A DNA stretch of 64,000 nt from Thermoplasmata archaeon (GCA_041489255.1 JBGPQV010000014.1:1-64000), one strand, 5' to 3'; shown: positions 26,134-36,432, counted from the first letter of the stretch. Notes: generated by a model from the letters alone, not told the origin. Made by a program: numbers and translations.

Positions 26134-28788
26134 ATGCATCCCTCGCGGAAGAATCGGGGCAGTTCCAAGGTGAATCGTGGGCTAGTACTTCCGATGCTGC
26201 TGGGTTTCGTCCTCATCTTTTCGTACCTCGTGCTCGAGTCACCGCAGGCCAAGGCAGACCCGGGCATAGACTACGTCCAGATCAGAACCGCTCCCGGCGG
26301 CGGGGGCGAGGTCGTCGGGGACATGCTCTACTATGTCGGCGACCAGGACACGTACTGGGCGGCAGGCTACAACGTCTCGGGCGACTTCGTCATGGACGTC
26401 GAGGCACACTGGTACACGAGGACTTCCTTGGTGGGATGGGTGGAACCTTATGAAGGCACGAACACGACCTTCCACGCTGCTGGTGAAGGTCAGACCTACG
26501 TCAGCATGTATGCATCGCTGAACCAGAGCGGCAATAACACCTATTGGCAGAATGATACGGGAATCCTGACGGTGCTGTACCGTGGCGTCGACTACGTCCA
26601 GATAAGGGACGGGCCCGAGGGCGGCGGGAGCATCGTGGATGTGCGCTCGTACTTCATCGACGACACGGACACTTACTACGCGGCCGGCTACAATCACTCC
26701 AGTGGCTTCATGGGGGACCTCCCTGCGGCATGGGAGAGCGACAACGACACAGTCTGCACGATAACCAGGCAGGAGTACCAAGCGGAATTCAAAGGGGTCG
26801 GCCAGGGCGTCTGCCATGTCTCTGCGACCTACAACGGCACCGTCACGAACACGACCGGCGACCTGACGGTCGATCAGAGGATCGTACTGACCGTCGACGA
26901 CGATCCTGGTGCGGATTACTTCACGATTCACGAGGCGGTGGAGAACGCCAGCGACGGCTACATGATCTTCGTCTATAATGGGACCTACAACGAGCACGTG
27001 CTGGTGGACAAGCGGCTCATCATCGAGGGCGAGTCGATGGAGAGCGTGATCGTGGACGGCGGCGGGAGCGGTATCGTATTCCATGTCACCGCCAAGAGCG
27101 TGGAGATATCCAGGTTCACCGTCAGGAACGCCGACTACGGCTTCTACCTGGATCACTGCAACAATACGCGGTTGACCTACAACAAGATCACCTCGTACAC
27201 CTACGGCATCTACTCCAACAGGACGAAGGACGCGTTCATCGCGTGGAACGTCATAACGGTCGGGCAATATGGCGTGGTCACGGACCATGCGCACAACGAC
27301 GCGGTGCGCTACAACACCATCTCTTACAACGACGAGTACGGCGCGAAGGATTACGATTCGGATCTGAAGAACTGCTTCAACTGGAACTACTTCCACCACA
27401 ACCACATCGCCTACTACTACGACCCGGAGGAGCCGGTGGGCACGCTGCTCTTCAACGGCAACCGGATCGAGAACAACGACATCGGGATCAAGGCGTCGCA
27501 GGCCTCCTCGCTCATAGCGACGGACAACACGATTCTGAGCAATGGCGTCGGCATCGACCTAGTTGACTCCTCGCCCTACATTGCTGGCAACCTCCTCAAG
27601 TTCAACACGATCGGCGTCAGGTTCAGCAACTCGGCCGCGACGATCTACAACAACTACATCCAGGGCGGGGACTACGGGATAACGGGCACGGGCACATCGC
27701 CGACGATCCAGGGGAACACGATTCTTGAGTCTGCGATCCTGGAGGTCTCGATCACCGCGGGGAACGATGTGCGCCTCTTGGACAACGACCTGGGCGGCGG
27801 CATCGCCCGCCTGGCGGATTCCACTGTCCGCGAGATGTCCCTGGTCCGGACGACCTTGCGGCAGCTCAACACGACCGTCTTCGACTGGAGCCTTGATTCC
27901 GAGTCTCAGATCGACATCCAGTGGTATCTCGGAGTGCGGGTGAAGGATTCGGGCGGCAACGCGGTCCTGGGAGCGCTGGTCAAAGTCTCCGGCAGCGATG
28001 GGCGCGAGGTCGTCAACGGGACTTCGACATCCGGCGGATTGACGGGGCCCTTCGAGCTGACCGAGAAGGTGAGGCGGCTGAGCGGGGACGTGAGCGAGGG
28101 CGCCTACCTGATCGAAGCGTCCGATGGAGACCAAAAGGCCTCGCAGACGGTCCTTATGGACAGCAACAAGCAGCTCGACTTGGCGATCGGTCCGATTCCA
28201 GGCGTGGGTGAGGGCGGCATCCCGTGGATTTTCGTCGGGGCAGTCGGCGTCGCCGGGGCTCTGACGGTTGCGGGACTCTTCTCCATAGAGATCTTCGTCT
28301 ACTTCTTCTTCGCCCTCTTTGTCCCGCTGTACACGAAACTCAGGAAGGACCAGGTGCTCGACCATTACAGCCGCGGCAGGGTCTACCAGTATATCGAGAT
28401 GAATCCCGGAGAGCACTTCAACTCGATCAAGCGGGCCCTGGACCTGAACATCGGCACCGCAACGTATCACCTGGAAGTCCTTTCCAGATCCGGGCTCGTG
28501 ACCTCCCGCCAGGACGGAATCTACAAGCGGTTCTATCCGACGAATGTCCCGATACCGCCATCGAACGGCGGGGGCATAAGCGAAGTGCAGCAGCGGGTCC
28601 TCACTGTCATCAAGGACACGCCAGGGATAAGGCAGAAAGAGATCGCCCGCCTGTTCGGGATAAGGCAGTCGACACTGAACTACCAGGTCACCAGGCTGGA
28701 GGAGAAGGGGCTCATCAGCGCAGAGAAGAGAGGACGGAGCGTGCACTACTTCCCCAAGCAGGTTCCGCCGCCACCACCGCAGGCGTAG
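26134..28788 (+). CDS. membrane-anchored regulator: extracellular Ig-like repeats and NosD/CASH beta-helix, TM, two cytoplasmic winged-HTH domains
   Basis: Signal peptide; duplicated DYVQIR modules; N/I-rich beta-helix; TM; LYTKL...RGRVYQYIEMNPGEHF...YHL and PGIRQKEIA...NYQV..LEEKGLI. Confidence 0.85.
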   Translation: MHPSRKNRGSSKVNRGLVLPMLLGFVLIFSYLVLESPQAKADPGIDYVQIRTAPGGGGEVVGDMLYYVGDQDTYWAAGYNVSGDFVMDVEAHWYTRTSLVGWVEPYEGTNTTFHAAGEGQTYVSMYASLNQSGNNTYWQNDTGILTVLYRGVDYVQIRDGPEGGGSIVDVRSYFIDDTDTYYAAGYNHSSGFMGDLPAAWESDNDTVCTITRQEYQAEFKGVGQGVCHVSATYNGTVTNTTGDLTVDQRIVLTVDDDPGADYFTIHEAVENASDGYMIFVYNGTYNEHVLVDKRLIIEGESMESVIVDGGGSGIVFHVTAKSVEISRFTVRNADYGFYLDHCNNTRLTYNKITSYTYGIYSNRTKDAFIAWNVITVGQYGVVTDHAHNDAVRYNTISYNDEYGAKDYDSDLKNCFNWNYFHHNHIAYYYDPEEPVGTLLFNGNRIENNDIGIKASQASSLIATDNTILSNGVGIDLVDSSPYIAGNLLKFNTIGVRFSNSAATIYNNYIQGGDYGITGTGTSPTIQGNTILESAILEVSITAGNDVRLLDNDLGGGIARLADSTVREMSLVRTTLRQLNTTVFDWSLDSESQIDIQWYLGVRVKDSGGNAVLGALVKVSGSDGREVVNGTSTSGGLTGPFELTEKVRRLSGDVSEGAYLIEASDGDQKASQTVLMDSNKQLDLAIGPIPGVGEGGIPWIFVGAVGVAGALTVAGLFSIEIFVYFFFALFVPLYTKLRKDQVLDHYSRGRVYQYIEMNPGEHFNSIKRALDLNIGTATYHLEVLSRSGLVTSRQDGIYKRFYPTNVPIPPSNGGGISEVQQRVLTVIKDTPGIRQKEIARLFGIRQSTLNYQVTRLEEKGLISAEKRGRSVHYFPKQVPPPPPQA

Positions 28789-28828
28789 ACTCGAATGATT
28801 CAATAGCTCCCCCGCCATCAGACTCAGC

Positions 28829-29101
28829 GTGGTCAGGAAACCGAAACGGACCGCCAGGGACGTTCTTTACGAGCTCAAGTGGCGGGAGGGCATGAGCCTC
28901 AGCCGGGCGGAGGTCTGGTATGCGGACAGGACGAGGGCGGAGGAGTACAAGGTCATCAAGGGCGAGGAGATAACTGAGCTAGGACGGGGCTACTTCATGT
29001 CAGGCGATTCCATGCTGCCCTATTACAAGATCCTCAGGATAGTCTATGACGATGAGGTCTTGTTCGAAAGGCAGGAGAGCGAGCGGAAAACGGCTAAATA
29101 G
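28829..29101 (+). CDS. DUF504/MJ1316-like RNA-end-binding domain protein
   Basis: ARDVLYELKW...LPYYKILRI. Confidence 0.8.
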   Translation: MVRKPKRTARDVLYELKWREGMSLSRAEVWYADRTRAEEYKVIKGEEITELGRGYFMSGDSMLPYYKILRIVYDDEVLFERQESERKTAK

Positions 29102-31013
29102 TCTCGCGGAGTTGGGACATCACGAGGATGGAACGCTGAAGCGGGCTCTCACTTGCGTTTTCGCTCTTGTCGTTCTCGTTGCCCTCGTTCCCGCCACCTT
29201 CAGCGCGACCCCATTGGAGAAAGCCGGCTCACCGCCGATTGTCCCTTCGCAATCAAGCTCAGAGCCGCACGCTCTCTCGAACATCAGCGACAATCCGGCG
29301 TACCTCGGGAACTTCACACTGACTGCCGCGTTCGAGGCGAAGATGCAGGGACCAGACGGCGGGATCATCGAGATGGAGGACGATCCGACCAAGTTCGAGA
29401 ACACTGACAACACTCTCGAGGCCGTATGGGTCTGGTCTAGATATTACACCTTGACGCGGGACGACAGATACACGGCAAACATCAGTGCCGCGTGGAACTA
29501 TTCGTGGGCACACCCCGCTTGGCTCGAAACAGACTCAGGACGGGTGTACAGTTGCTCTTGGGCCATCAAGGCGGAACTAGAATTCAGGCGGGCGTACGGG
29601 AACCACAGCAACCTGCCTTATGCGAAGCGGTGCGCCGCGTACATCAACGCGAGGAACGGCTGGGAGACGAACATAATCCTCAACAACTGGGGGAAGAACG
29701 ACATCCGCGGGCTTGCGGCGGGGAACATGTACGACTGGGCCGTGGAGCAGGGCAACGAGACCGCGCGTCTCGGCGCGATCGCGCTCGGGAACGCGACGAA
29801 GGCGGCGATCGAGGCGAACTCCACTTGGCTCGCGGTCGAAGACTGGGCCCTGGCGGGTGGAGTGGCATATTGGGGAGTCGTGCACTCGACGCTCAGAGAG
29901 TACCCCAATGCGACGTGGGCGGAGCAGTATGCGGCCTTCCTCAAGACGAACGTGACAGCTCCCGGCGGCGGACCTGGTAACAGTCAGTGCGGCTGGTATG
30001 CTTGGTATGCACTCGGGCACTACGCTGCCTGGGAGGCGACGGGCAACGCAAGCCACCTCAATCAGTCGCTCGGGATGGTCGCCTGGCTGATCCTGCAGGA
30101 CGGCGACAGGGACGGCGGCATACCGACCAACTTCGGCGACCCGGACAACACCGACGAGTCGTGGGTCACGTCGTACAGGGCGCTCGTCATAGGGGAGATC
30201 ATCCCGGCTTGGCACGGCCAGCCTCCGGACCCGCCGACCTTGACGATTGCGGATATGGTGGATCAGACCCATCTCAACGTCTTCTGGAACCTGTCTCTCC
30301 AAGACAGCTTCATAGGAGACGTGGTTCGCTACGACGTCTATCGGGGCACGGCTTATGATGCGACCGGGGCGGGCTATTCGCTGTGGGGGAGAGTATTTGC
30401 GGGCTATAATGGATTCCCAGTACTCATCCCGATGGGCGACACATCCTCCTATTTCTTCTACGCTATTGCAGTGGACTTTGAATGGCTCACGTCAGCAATG
30501 TCGAATCAAGTGGGGAGGATCGTGGAGTATGGAGGGGGCATCATCGGTAACGCGCTTCTCGGCAATCCGTTCATCGTCCCGAATGACGATATCTCCGAGG
30601 TGATAGAATGGACTCTCGTCGATTATATCCGAGCGTTTGATCCTTCACGACCCACTTCTCCCTGGACTTCATATGTTCTCGGTAGAAGCTACCAGAGCCT
30701 CACGCGCCTGCCGCTGGGAATGGGTTTCTGGGCGAACTTCACGGCACTATTGGGAGTATCCATGACGGGGCTTATTCCTAGCTCGGTCGATATCGACCTG
30801 AAAGCTGGGTGGAACCTCATCGCTTCATGCTCGATGACGAATCGCACCGTGGGCGACGTGCTGGCGGGAGTGCCTTGGGTGGCCGTTGAGGTCCTCGACC
30901 AGTCACAGCCCGGATACCGCCTGCGCAGGGCGTCGTCCGCCGATATTCTGTTCCCCGGCCAGGGCTTCTGGGTGTACGTCAGCTCCGACTCCACCCTCGT
31001 GTTCTCCAACTGA
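29046..31013 (+). CDS. secreted protein: alpha/alpha-barrel-like domain, Fn3-like domain and shared C-terminal domain
   Basis: Signal peptide near aa 30-55; Trp/Tyr-rich helical core; DVVRYDVYRG; GWNLI...GQGFWVYV tail; true start probably ~29130. Confidence 0.8.
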   Translation: MTMRSCSKGRRASGKRLNSLAELGHHEDGTLKRALTCVFALVVLVALVPATFSATPLEKAGSPPIVPSQSSSEPHALSNISDNPAYLGNFTLTAAFEAKMQGPDGGIIEMEDDPTKFENTDNTLEAVWVWSRYYTLTRDDRYTANISAAWNYSWAHPAWLETDSGRVYSCSWAIKAELEFRRAYGNHSNLPYAKRCAAYINARNGWETNIILNNWGKNDIRGLAAGNMYDWAVEQGNETARLGAIALGNATKAAIEANSTWLAVEDWALAGGVAYWGVVHSTLREYPNATWAEQYAAFLKTNVTAPGGGPGNSQCGWYAWYALGHYAAWEATGNASHLNQSLGMVAWLILQDGDRDGGIPTNFGDPDNTDESWVTSYRALVIGEIIPAWHGQPPDPPTLTIADMVDQTHLNVFWNLSLQDSFIGDVVRYDVYRGTAYDATGAGYSLWGRVFAGYNGFPVLIPMGDTSSYFFYAIAVDFEWLTSAMSNQVGRIVEYGGGIIGNALLGNPFIVPNDDISEVIEWTLVDYIRAFDPSRPTSPWTSYVLGRSYQSLTRLPLGMGFWANFTALLGVSMTGLIPSSVDIDLKAGWNLIASCSMTNRTVGDVLAGVPWVAVEVLDQSQPGYRLRRASSADILFPGQGFWVYVSSDSTLVFSN

Positions 31014-31058
31014 CGAAGGCAATAAGCTGAATAGGCCATCGAGCCATTGGGGTGTCGC

Positions 31059-31544
31059 TTGGGCAGGACTATCAAGGTATTCTGCACCAAATTGTCCGGC
31101 ATCTCCCTCGGCAAGCTCCTGGATGAGCTTCGTGAGTCGGGGTTCGACTGTCGATACGTGGACACCTCCCTCGACTTCGACCTCGATTCGCCCGTCTGGG
31201 CGCGGGCAGAGATCGTCAGCACTGGGAGTCCGCGTTCGATCGTCATCGAGCACTACATCGGCGGGCTTCATGGGACGCTCGTGGAGGAGGAGACGGAGCA
31301 ACTGCTCGAGAAGGTCGAATCCGCCGAGGAATCGTGGAACAAGCGAGAGGTCGTGGTCTATCTCCGCATGTCTAGAGAGCTTTTCGCGATCCAGATGGAA
31401 GGCGGGGAGGCAGAGAGGATGAAGGGGCTCCTTGATCGCTGCCTGCAGTTATTCGCGACCATGGGCGAAGGTTTGCTCTATGTCGAGGGCGAGGGCTTCT
31501 TCAGCAAAGGTAAGCTCGTCCTGCCGCTAGCGAAAGACGACTGA
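31059..31544 (+). CDS. hypothetical protein
   Basis: Acidic globular ORF with coding-like codon use. Confidence 0.65.
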   Translation: MGRTIKVFCTKLSGISLGKLLDELRESGFDCRYVDTSLDFDLDSPVWARAEIVSTGSPRSIVIEHYIGGLHGTLVEEETEQLLEKVESAEESWNKREVVVYLRMSRELFAIQMEGGEAERMKGLLDRCLQLFATMGEGLLYVEGEGFFSKGKLVLPLAKDD

Positions 31545-31585
31545 AGACCGCTACGCTATTACCCTCATGCCGCAATTCCGTCCGC

Positions 31586-31867
31586 ATGTCCAAGTTCCCC
31601 GACTCTGTGCTCACTACAACGAAGAAGGGAGAGGTAGAAGCGCGCATGCTGATCGACCGCGGGAAGTTCGTGAGGTACAGGTATGTCGACGCGGAGACCG
31701 GTGCAGAGAAGGATGGCGGGAAAGTCAAGCTCGTGCTCATCCCGGAGAATGGCGGGGCTGAGGAGTTCTTCGTGATACCGACCAAGGGCGGTCGCTCGCT
31801 CCTCCTCAAGGCGGAGGTGAAGGGGGAGAGGATGCTCTGGGACGGGGAGAAGGCTGTCAAGCTGTAG
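31586..31867 (+). CDS. conserved hypothetical protein
   Basis: 93-aa beta-rich ORF with a TATA-like element upstream. Confidence 0.7.
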   Translation: MSKFPDSVLTTTKKGEVEARMLIDRGKFVRYRYVDAETGAEKDGGKVKLVLIPENGGAEEFFVIPTKGGRSLLLKAEVKGERMLWDGEKAVKL

Positions 31868-31909
31868 AACTGGAAACCCTTAAACCGAACACCCTCTTAC
31901 TCGCCTTCA

Positions 31910-33127
31910 GTGGAACCGAGAATCCGGGCCATCGCCGTGCTTTCTGCGGTGGTCTTCCTCGTCATGCTGGGGCTCTCGATCATCTCCCCGGTGCTGCCTT
32001 TCTACGCGCAGGAACTCGGCGCCAGCACTTTCATGGTCGGCCTCCTGGTCGGAGCGCTCGCCGGCGCGCGCTTGGTGGTCAACCTGCCCGCCGGGGCGGC
32101 GGGCGACCGCTTCGGCAACTGGCGGATGATGCAGATCGGCCTTCTCTTAATCACTACTACATCCTTCCTCGCCGTCATCGCGTTCAACTACTGGATGCTG
32201 CTGACGGTGCGCATCATCGAGGGCGTCGGGTCGGCGTTCTACGTGACTTCCTCCTTGGCGGCACTCGGGAGAGCCGCCCCTCCGGAGAAGAGAGGGCGCT
32301 ACATGGGATACTACGTCTCGTTCCTCCTCCTCGGCCAGGTGCTCGGACCTACCGTCGGCGGCGGCGTCGCGACCGTTTGGGGGCTCAGAGCGCCATTCGC
32401 GTTCTATGGCACTGCCACGTTGGTCGGGATGTTCCTGCTAGTCTTCGCGAAACTGCCCGAGAGCAGGGCGGAGGCCGCGACGGGCGGCGTCGACTGGGTC
32501 GCGGTGAGGGGACTGATCCGCAATCGCTCTTTCATCAAGGTCAACTTCGGGACGATGAGCGCGTTCTTCGTGAGGTCGGGCATACTCACGACGATCTGTC
32601 CCCTCTTCTTCTTCGCGAAGTTCGGATGGAACGAAGCGACGATCGGCCTTCTCATCTCCGTCGCCGCCTTCTGCTCGCTCGCGACGATGCTCCCTTCCGG
32701 GATCTGGGCGGACCGCCGCGGGAGGAAGCTGCCCTTCACCCTGAGCTTCGTCTTCACCGCGCTCGTGGCGCCGCTGTTCCTGTGGCCCTCGGATTTCCTC
32801 GGGGCCGTCCTGGTCTACGCGCTATGGGGCCTCGCGATCGGCCTCCAGGGTCCCGTGGCGGCTTGGTCGACCGACTTCGCAAGTAAGGAGAACATGGGGA
32901 CCGCCATGGGGCTGTACAGGACGATGGGCGACCTGGGGTTCCTCCTCGGCCCGACGATCCTGACCGCCATCGTCGGCTTCGGGACCTTCGGCCAGTCTTA
33001 CGACCTCGCGTATTTCTTCTCGATGGCCTTGATGCTCGTCGCCGCCGTGGTCATTGTTACGGCGGACGACCCGGTATCTAGGAATGTCAAGAACAGGAAG
33101 GAAAAGATCGTAGTGCCAATCGAATAG
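31910..33127 (+). CDS. MFS transporter
   Basis: 12 TM; GAAGDRFG and GIWADRRGRK motif A. Confidence 0.93.
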   Translation: MEPRIRAIAVLSAVVFLVMLGLSIISPVLPFYAQELGASTFMVGLLVGALAGARLVVNLPAGAAGDRFGNWRMMQIGLLLITTTSFLAVIAFNYWMLLTVRIIEGVGSAFYVTSSLAALGRAAPPEKRGRYMGYYVSFLLLGQVLGPTVGGGVATVWGLRAPFAFYGTATLVGMFLLVFAKLPESRAEAATGGVDWVAVRGLIRNRSFIKVNFGTMSAFFVRSGILTTICPLFFFAKFGWNEATIGLLISVAAFCSLATMLPSGIWADRRGRKLPFTLSFVFTALVAPLFLWPSDFLGAVLVYALWGLAIGLQGPVAAWSTDFASKENMGTAMGLYRTMGDLGFLLGPTILTAIVGFGTFGQSYDLAYFFSMALMLVAAVVIVTADDPVSRNVKNRKEKIVVPIE

Positions 33128-33131
33128 GCCA

Positions 33132-33848
33132 TCACTGCAAGAGCTCGTAGACTATCCTGTCCGTCTCCTTGCCCTTGCTCCTGCTCTCGGTGATGTGCAT
33201 CCGGCCGACCTCTGATGTGTTGCGAAGGTGAGTTCCGCCACAGGGGCAGTAATCGACGTCCTGTATCTTCACGATTCTCAGCCGCCTGATGCCCTTAGGG
33301 ATGAGGTCCATGAGCGCCCTGTCGTCGACGCGGTTCTCGACCGCGACGCGGTCTTCCTCGAAGATCGTTACGGGCTTCGCGGCGGTGAACACCTTATTGC
33401 ACTCGTCCTCTATCCTCTTCAAGTCCTCCGGGGTGAATGTTGCCGGTTGGAAATCGACGCGCGAATGGTCGGAATGAATCTGGTTGCCAACCGTCCTCGC
33501 GCCGTAGACCTTGAACACGAGGCCGGAGATGACATGCTGGGAGGTGTGCATGCGCATGTGCGCGTACCTCCTGTCCCAGTCGATGACGCCGTGCACCTGC
33601 CCTGATGGCGGGAGCTTGTCCACACAGTGCTTGATGACGCCTTTCTCCTTGGTCACCTTCCAGACCCTCGCCTCCCCGCCATCCCAGCGAAGCAGGCCGG
33701 TGTCCGTCGGCTGGCCTCCCGCCTCCGCGTAGAAAAGGGTCTTGTCGAGGATGATGTGGTCATTTCCTGATTCGATTATGCTGGCATCGAGTTCCCTGAG
33801 GTAGCATGCATCCGCGCTCGGGAAGTAGAGAATCTCGGTGCCGGTCAT
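33132..33848 (-). CDS. alaXM: alanyl-tRNA editing protein AlaX-M
   Basis: TLFYAEAGGQPTDTG, HMRMHTSQH, CPCGGTH. Confidence 0.95.
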   Translation of the reverse strand: MTGTEILYFPSADACYLRELDASIIESGNDHIILDKTLFYAEAGGQPTDTGLLRWDGGEARVWKVTKEKGVIKHCVDKLPPSGQVHGVIDWDRRYAHMRMHTSQHVISGLVFKVYGARTVGNQIHSDHSRVDFQPATFTPEDLKRIEDECNKVFTAAKPVTIFEEDRVAVENRVDDRALMDLIPKGIRRLRIVKIQDVDYCPCGGTHLRNTSEVGRMHITESRSKGKETDRIVYELLQ

Positions 33849-34430
33849 TTCTGGTTCACCGCTGGCGGGCGATATACAGCGCGGGACTAAACCTTTTCAC
33901 ATGACGGCACCTCGCACAATCGGAGAGGAATAGTGACCGGATGAAGCGGCCATGGCGGCCAGAAGGCCGCGACGCGGCCTCACGTCCTCTTGTTATCCCT
34001 AAGTAGATATAACAGGAGGGGGCGTGACCCTTGGCGGGGGAGGTCGATGAACGTGGTGGCTGCCTGAGTGCATCTTGGCCTCGGCATCGGGGGGATGGCA
34101 GTTTCTGAATCAACAGATGTCGTTGGCGCGGAACGGCCAGCGCCTGCATTGACCTCAGGACCCGAGGTATCGGTTGAGAGATTGGTGTCATTTCTTCCAG
34201 TGCAGACCCGTCTCTAATCGATTCACACTTGGATGTCGTGGTTCGCGACCCGAATCGACTTCGTCCAGGGCGGCCGGGAAATCGATGCGGCAAGCCGGCA
34301 CAACCGCCAGAGATGTCTGGGTGCGAGGTCGTCGCGCACCGATCATGTCGCGACGCGAGCACACAGGAGATGAGCCCGAACCGAATCCTGCCGGAATGTC
34401 GCGGACACCGCCGATGTCGCGGCGGGCGTC

Positions 34431-34780
34431 GTCTCGACCGCGAAGGACAGTTTCTCAACCGAGAAGAATAATCTCTCGATGCGCATGGATTTCATCTCTG
34501 TCGGGCTGAGTCCGCGCTCAACCGGGAAGAAATGTTTCTACAGAGAAAGATTCCTTCCGCACCGCGAAGAGATCCTTCTCAACCGCGAAACATTTCTTCC
34601 GGACAGAGAAAGGCACCGTGCGCGTTGAACCATGACCAGGGAACCTTCGAGAAGACGTCTTTCTCGACAGCGAAAGCCGATTCTGCCTTCCCATGCTCCT
34701 TCTCGACCGCGAAAGAGTCCTTCTCAACCGCGAAGGAGTCCGTCCAGACCGCGAAGGACTCCGTGCGCACGCCCCACTCC
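34431..34780. repeat. degenerate 21-bp tandem array (consensus ~TTCTCRACCGMGAAGGANTCC)
   Basis: ~16 units, e.g. at 34452, 34555, 34576, 34700, 34721, 34742; phase slips; no coherent ORF. Confidence 0.8.
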
Positions 34781-35015
34781 CTAGAAGGTCCCTGGGACAT
34801 CCACGCAATCGGCTGTCTCTCGGTGCCCTTCCATCGGAGGAATCTTGAAACGCTTCCCTCAGCAGGCACGTCACAGTGATCAGCCTTTGTATCTCGTCGA
34901 ATCGCAGAATGCATTGCGAATGTGAGGATGTCCGCATTCGGGATTCCCTGGAGGTGAAACCATTAATATTCAAGAACTATGATGGTCTCGACAATCTTAC
35001 GGAGGATTACCTCGA

Positions 35016-35273
35016 GTGAGGGGAAAGGAGGATACGCCCGATGCGACTGCTTCCGCACTGGATAGATGGAGAGCATGGGCGGTGGTGTTTCTCATCGGAG
35101 GTTTGTCGGCAACTATCGGGTTCTTCATGTGGCTGGTCCTCTGGATTCAAACGCCGCTATCACCCAGCTTCGAGAGGAGCCGTGTCCCAATTGGAGCATT
35201 GCTGATAAGCGGACTTGTCTTTGGAGTATACTTGGTTGCGCGGTCTCTCCAGTGGTACAGGAGGGCAGAGTAG
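35016..35273 (+). CDS. small membrane protein (2 TM)
   Basis: Two hydrophobic helices; GGAGG upstream. Confidence 0.6.
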   Translation: MRGKEDTPDATASALDRWRAWAVVFLIGGLSATIGFFMWLVLWIQTPLSPSFERSRVPIGALLISGLVFGVYLVARSLQWYRRAE

Positions 35274-35286
35274 CGCGCGCAATCGC

Positions 35287-36432
35287 CTAGCTTCCCCTCA
35301 ATAGGCTCCTCGCAATGACCAGCCTCTGTATCTCGCTCGTCCCCTCGTACAGCTCCGTGATCTTCTGATCCCTGAAGTACCTCTCGACCGGGTAGTCCTT
35401 GACGAAACCATACCCGCCATGGATCTGAAGCGCCTGGTCGACTATGCGCTTGCACGCCTCCGAGGCGAACAGCTTCGCCATGCTCGACTCCGTCGTGTGC
35501 TTCATCCCCTGGTCCTTCATCCAGCACGCCCGATGAGTGAGCAGCCTGGCTGCATCTATCTGGGTGGCCATGTCGGCCAGCTTGAATTGGATGGCTTGCA
35601 AGTTGCTTATTGGCCCGCCAAAGGCCTTCCTTTCCTTGGAGTACTTGATGGCGGCCTCCATGGCGGCCTGAGCGATGCCAAGCGCCTGCGACGCAATCCC
35701 GATCCTACCCACGTCCAGCGTCGCCATCGCGATCTTGAAACCCTCGCCCCTCGTGCCCAGCAGGTGGTCCTCAGGGATCCTGCAGTCATCGAAGGCGATG
35801 AGCTCGGTGTCTGAGGCCCTGATGCCCAGCTTGTTCTCCTTCTTGACGCGCTGGTACCCTGGAGATGAATCCGGGACGATGAAGGCGGAAATCCCCTTCG
35901 GCCCCGTGCCCGGATCAGTCCGCGCGTAGGTGATGAGGAGCTTCGCCATGTAGCCGTTCGTCACGAAGATCTTGGAGCCGTTGAGGTGCCATTCCCCGCC
36001 CTTGAGCTCGGCGGTCGATGTGAGGGCGGCGGCATCGGAGCCCGCCCCGGGCTCGGTCAATGCGTACGCCCCGACCCACTCCCCGCTCGCCACCTTCGTT
36101 AGGTAGTCCTTCTTCTGTTTCTCGGTCCCCCATTTGTACAGGGGCTCGCAGGCCAGGCCGTTGTTCACACCGAGCATGACGCCCGCGGAGGCGTCTATTC
36201 GGGAAATCTCCTCGATCGCGATCGAGTAGGAGATGTAGTCGAGGCCCGCCCCGCCAAGCTCCGTCGGGATTGCCATGCCCGTGAGGCCCATCTCCGCCAT
36301 CTTCTTCATCCAATGCACCGGCGTCTCCTGGACCTCGTCGTAGTGCGCGCTCTCAGGCGCAAGTTCCTTCTCGGCAAACTCCCTGACAGACTTCTTGATC
36401 ATCTGATGGGTCTCGTTGTATTCGAACTCCAT
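35287..36432 (-). CDS. acyl-CoA dehydrogenase
   Basis: YALTEPGAGSD, LNGSKIFVTNG, QIHGGYG, LYEGTSEIQR. Confidence 0.97.
   Translation of the reverse strand: MEFEYNETHQMIKKSVREFAEKELAPESAHYDEVQETPVHWMKKMAEMGLTGMAIPTELGGAGLDYISYSIAIEEISRIDASAGVMLGVNNGLACEPLYKWGTEKQKKDYLTKVASGEWVGAYALTEPGAGSDAAALTSTAELKGGEWHLNGSKIFVTNGYMAKLLITYARTDPGTGPKGISAFIVPDSSPGYQRVKKENKLGIRASDTELIAFDDCRIPEDHLLGTRGEGFKIAMATLDVGRIGIASQALGIAQAAMEAAIKYSKERKAFGGPISNLQAIQFKLADMATQIDAARLLTHRACWMKDQGMKHTTESSMAKLFASEACKRIVDQALQIHGGYGFVKDYPVERYFRDQKITELYEGTSEIQRLVIARSLLRGS

Noticed and set aside
34045-34108. Weak C/D-like arrangement (CGATGA...CTGA...CTGA) with a guide loosely complementary to the 16S 520 region
   Set aside because: No credible C' box, second guide or terminal stem, and the pairing needs two G-U wobbles.
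34431-34780. CRISPR or TIGR array (also considered for 61190-62035)
   Set aside because: The units are 21 bp and degenerate throughout, with no constant repeat plus unique spacer, and there are no cas or Nop-domain genes nearby.
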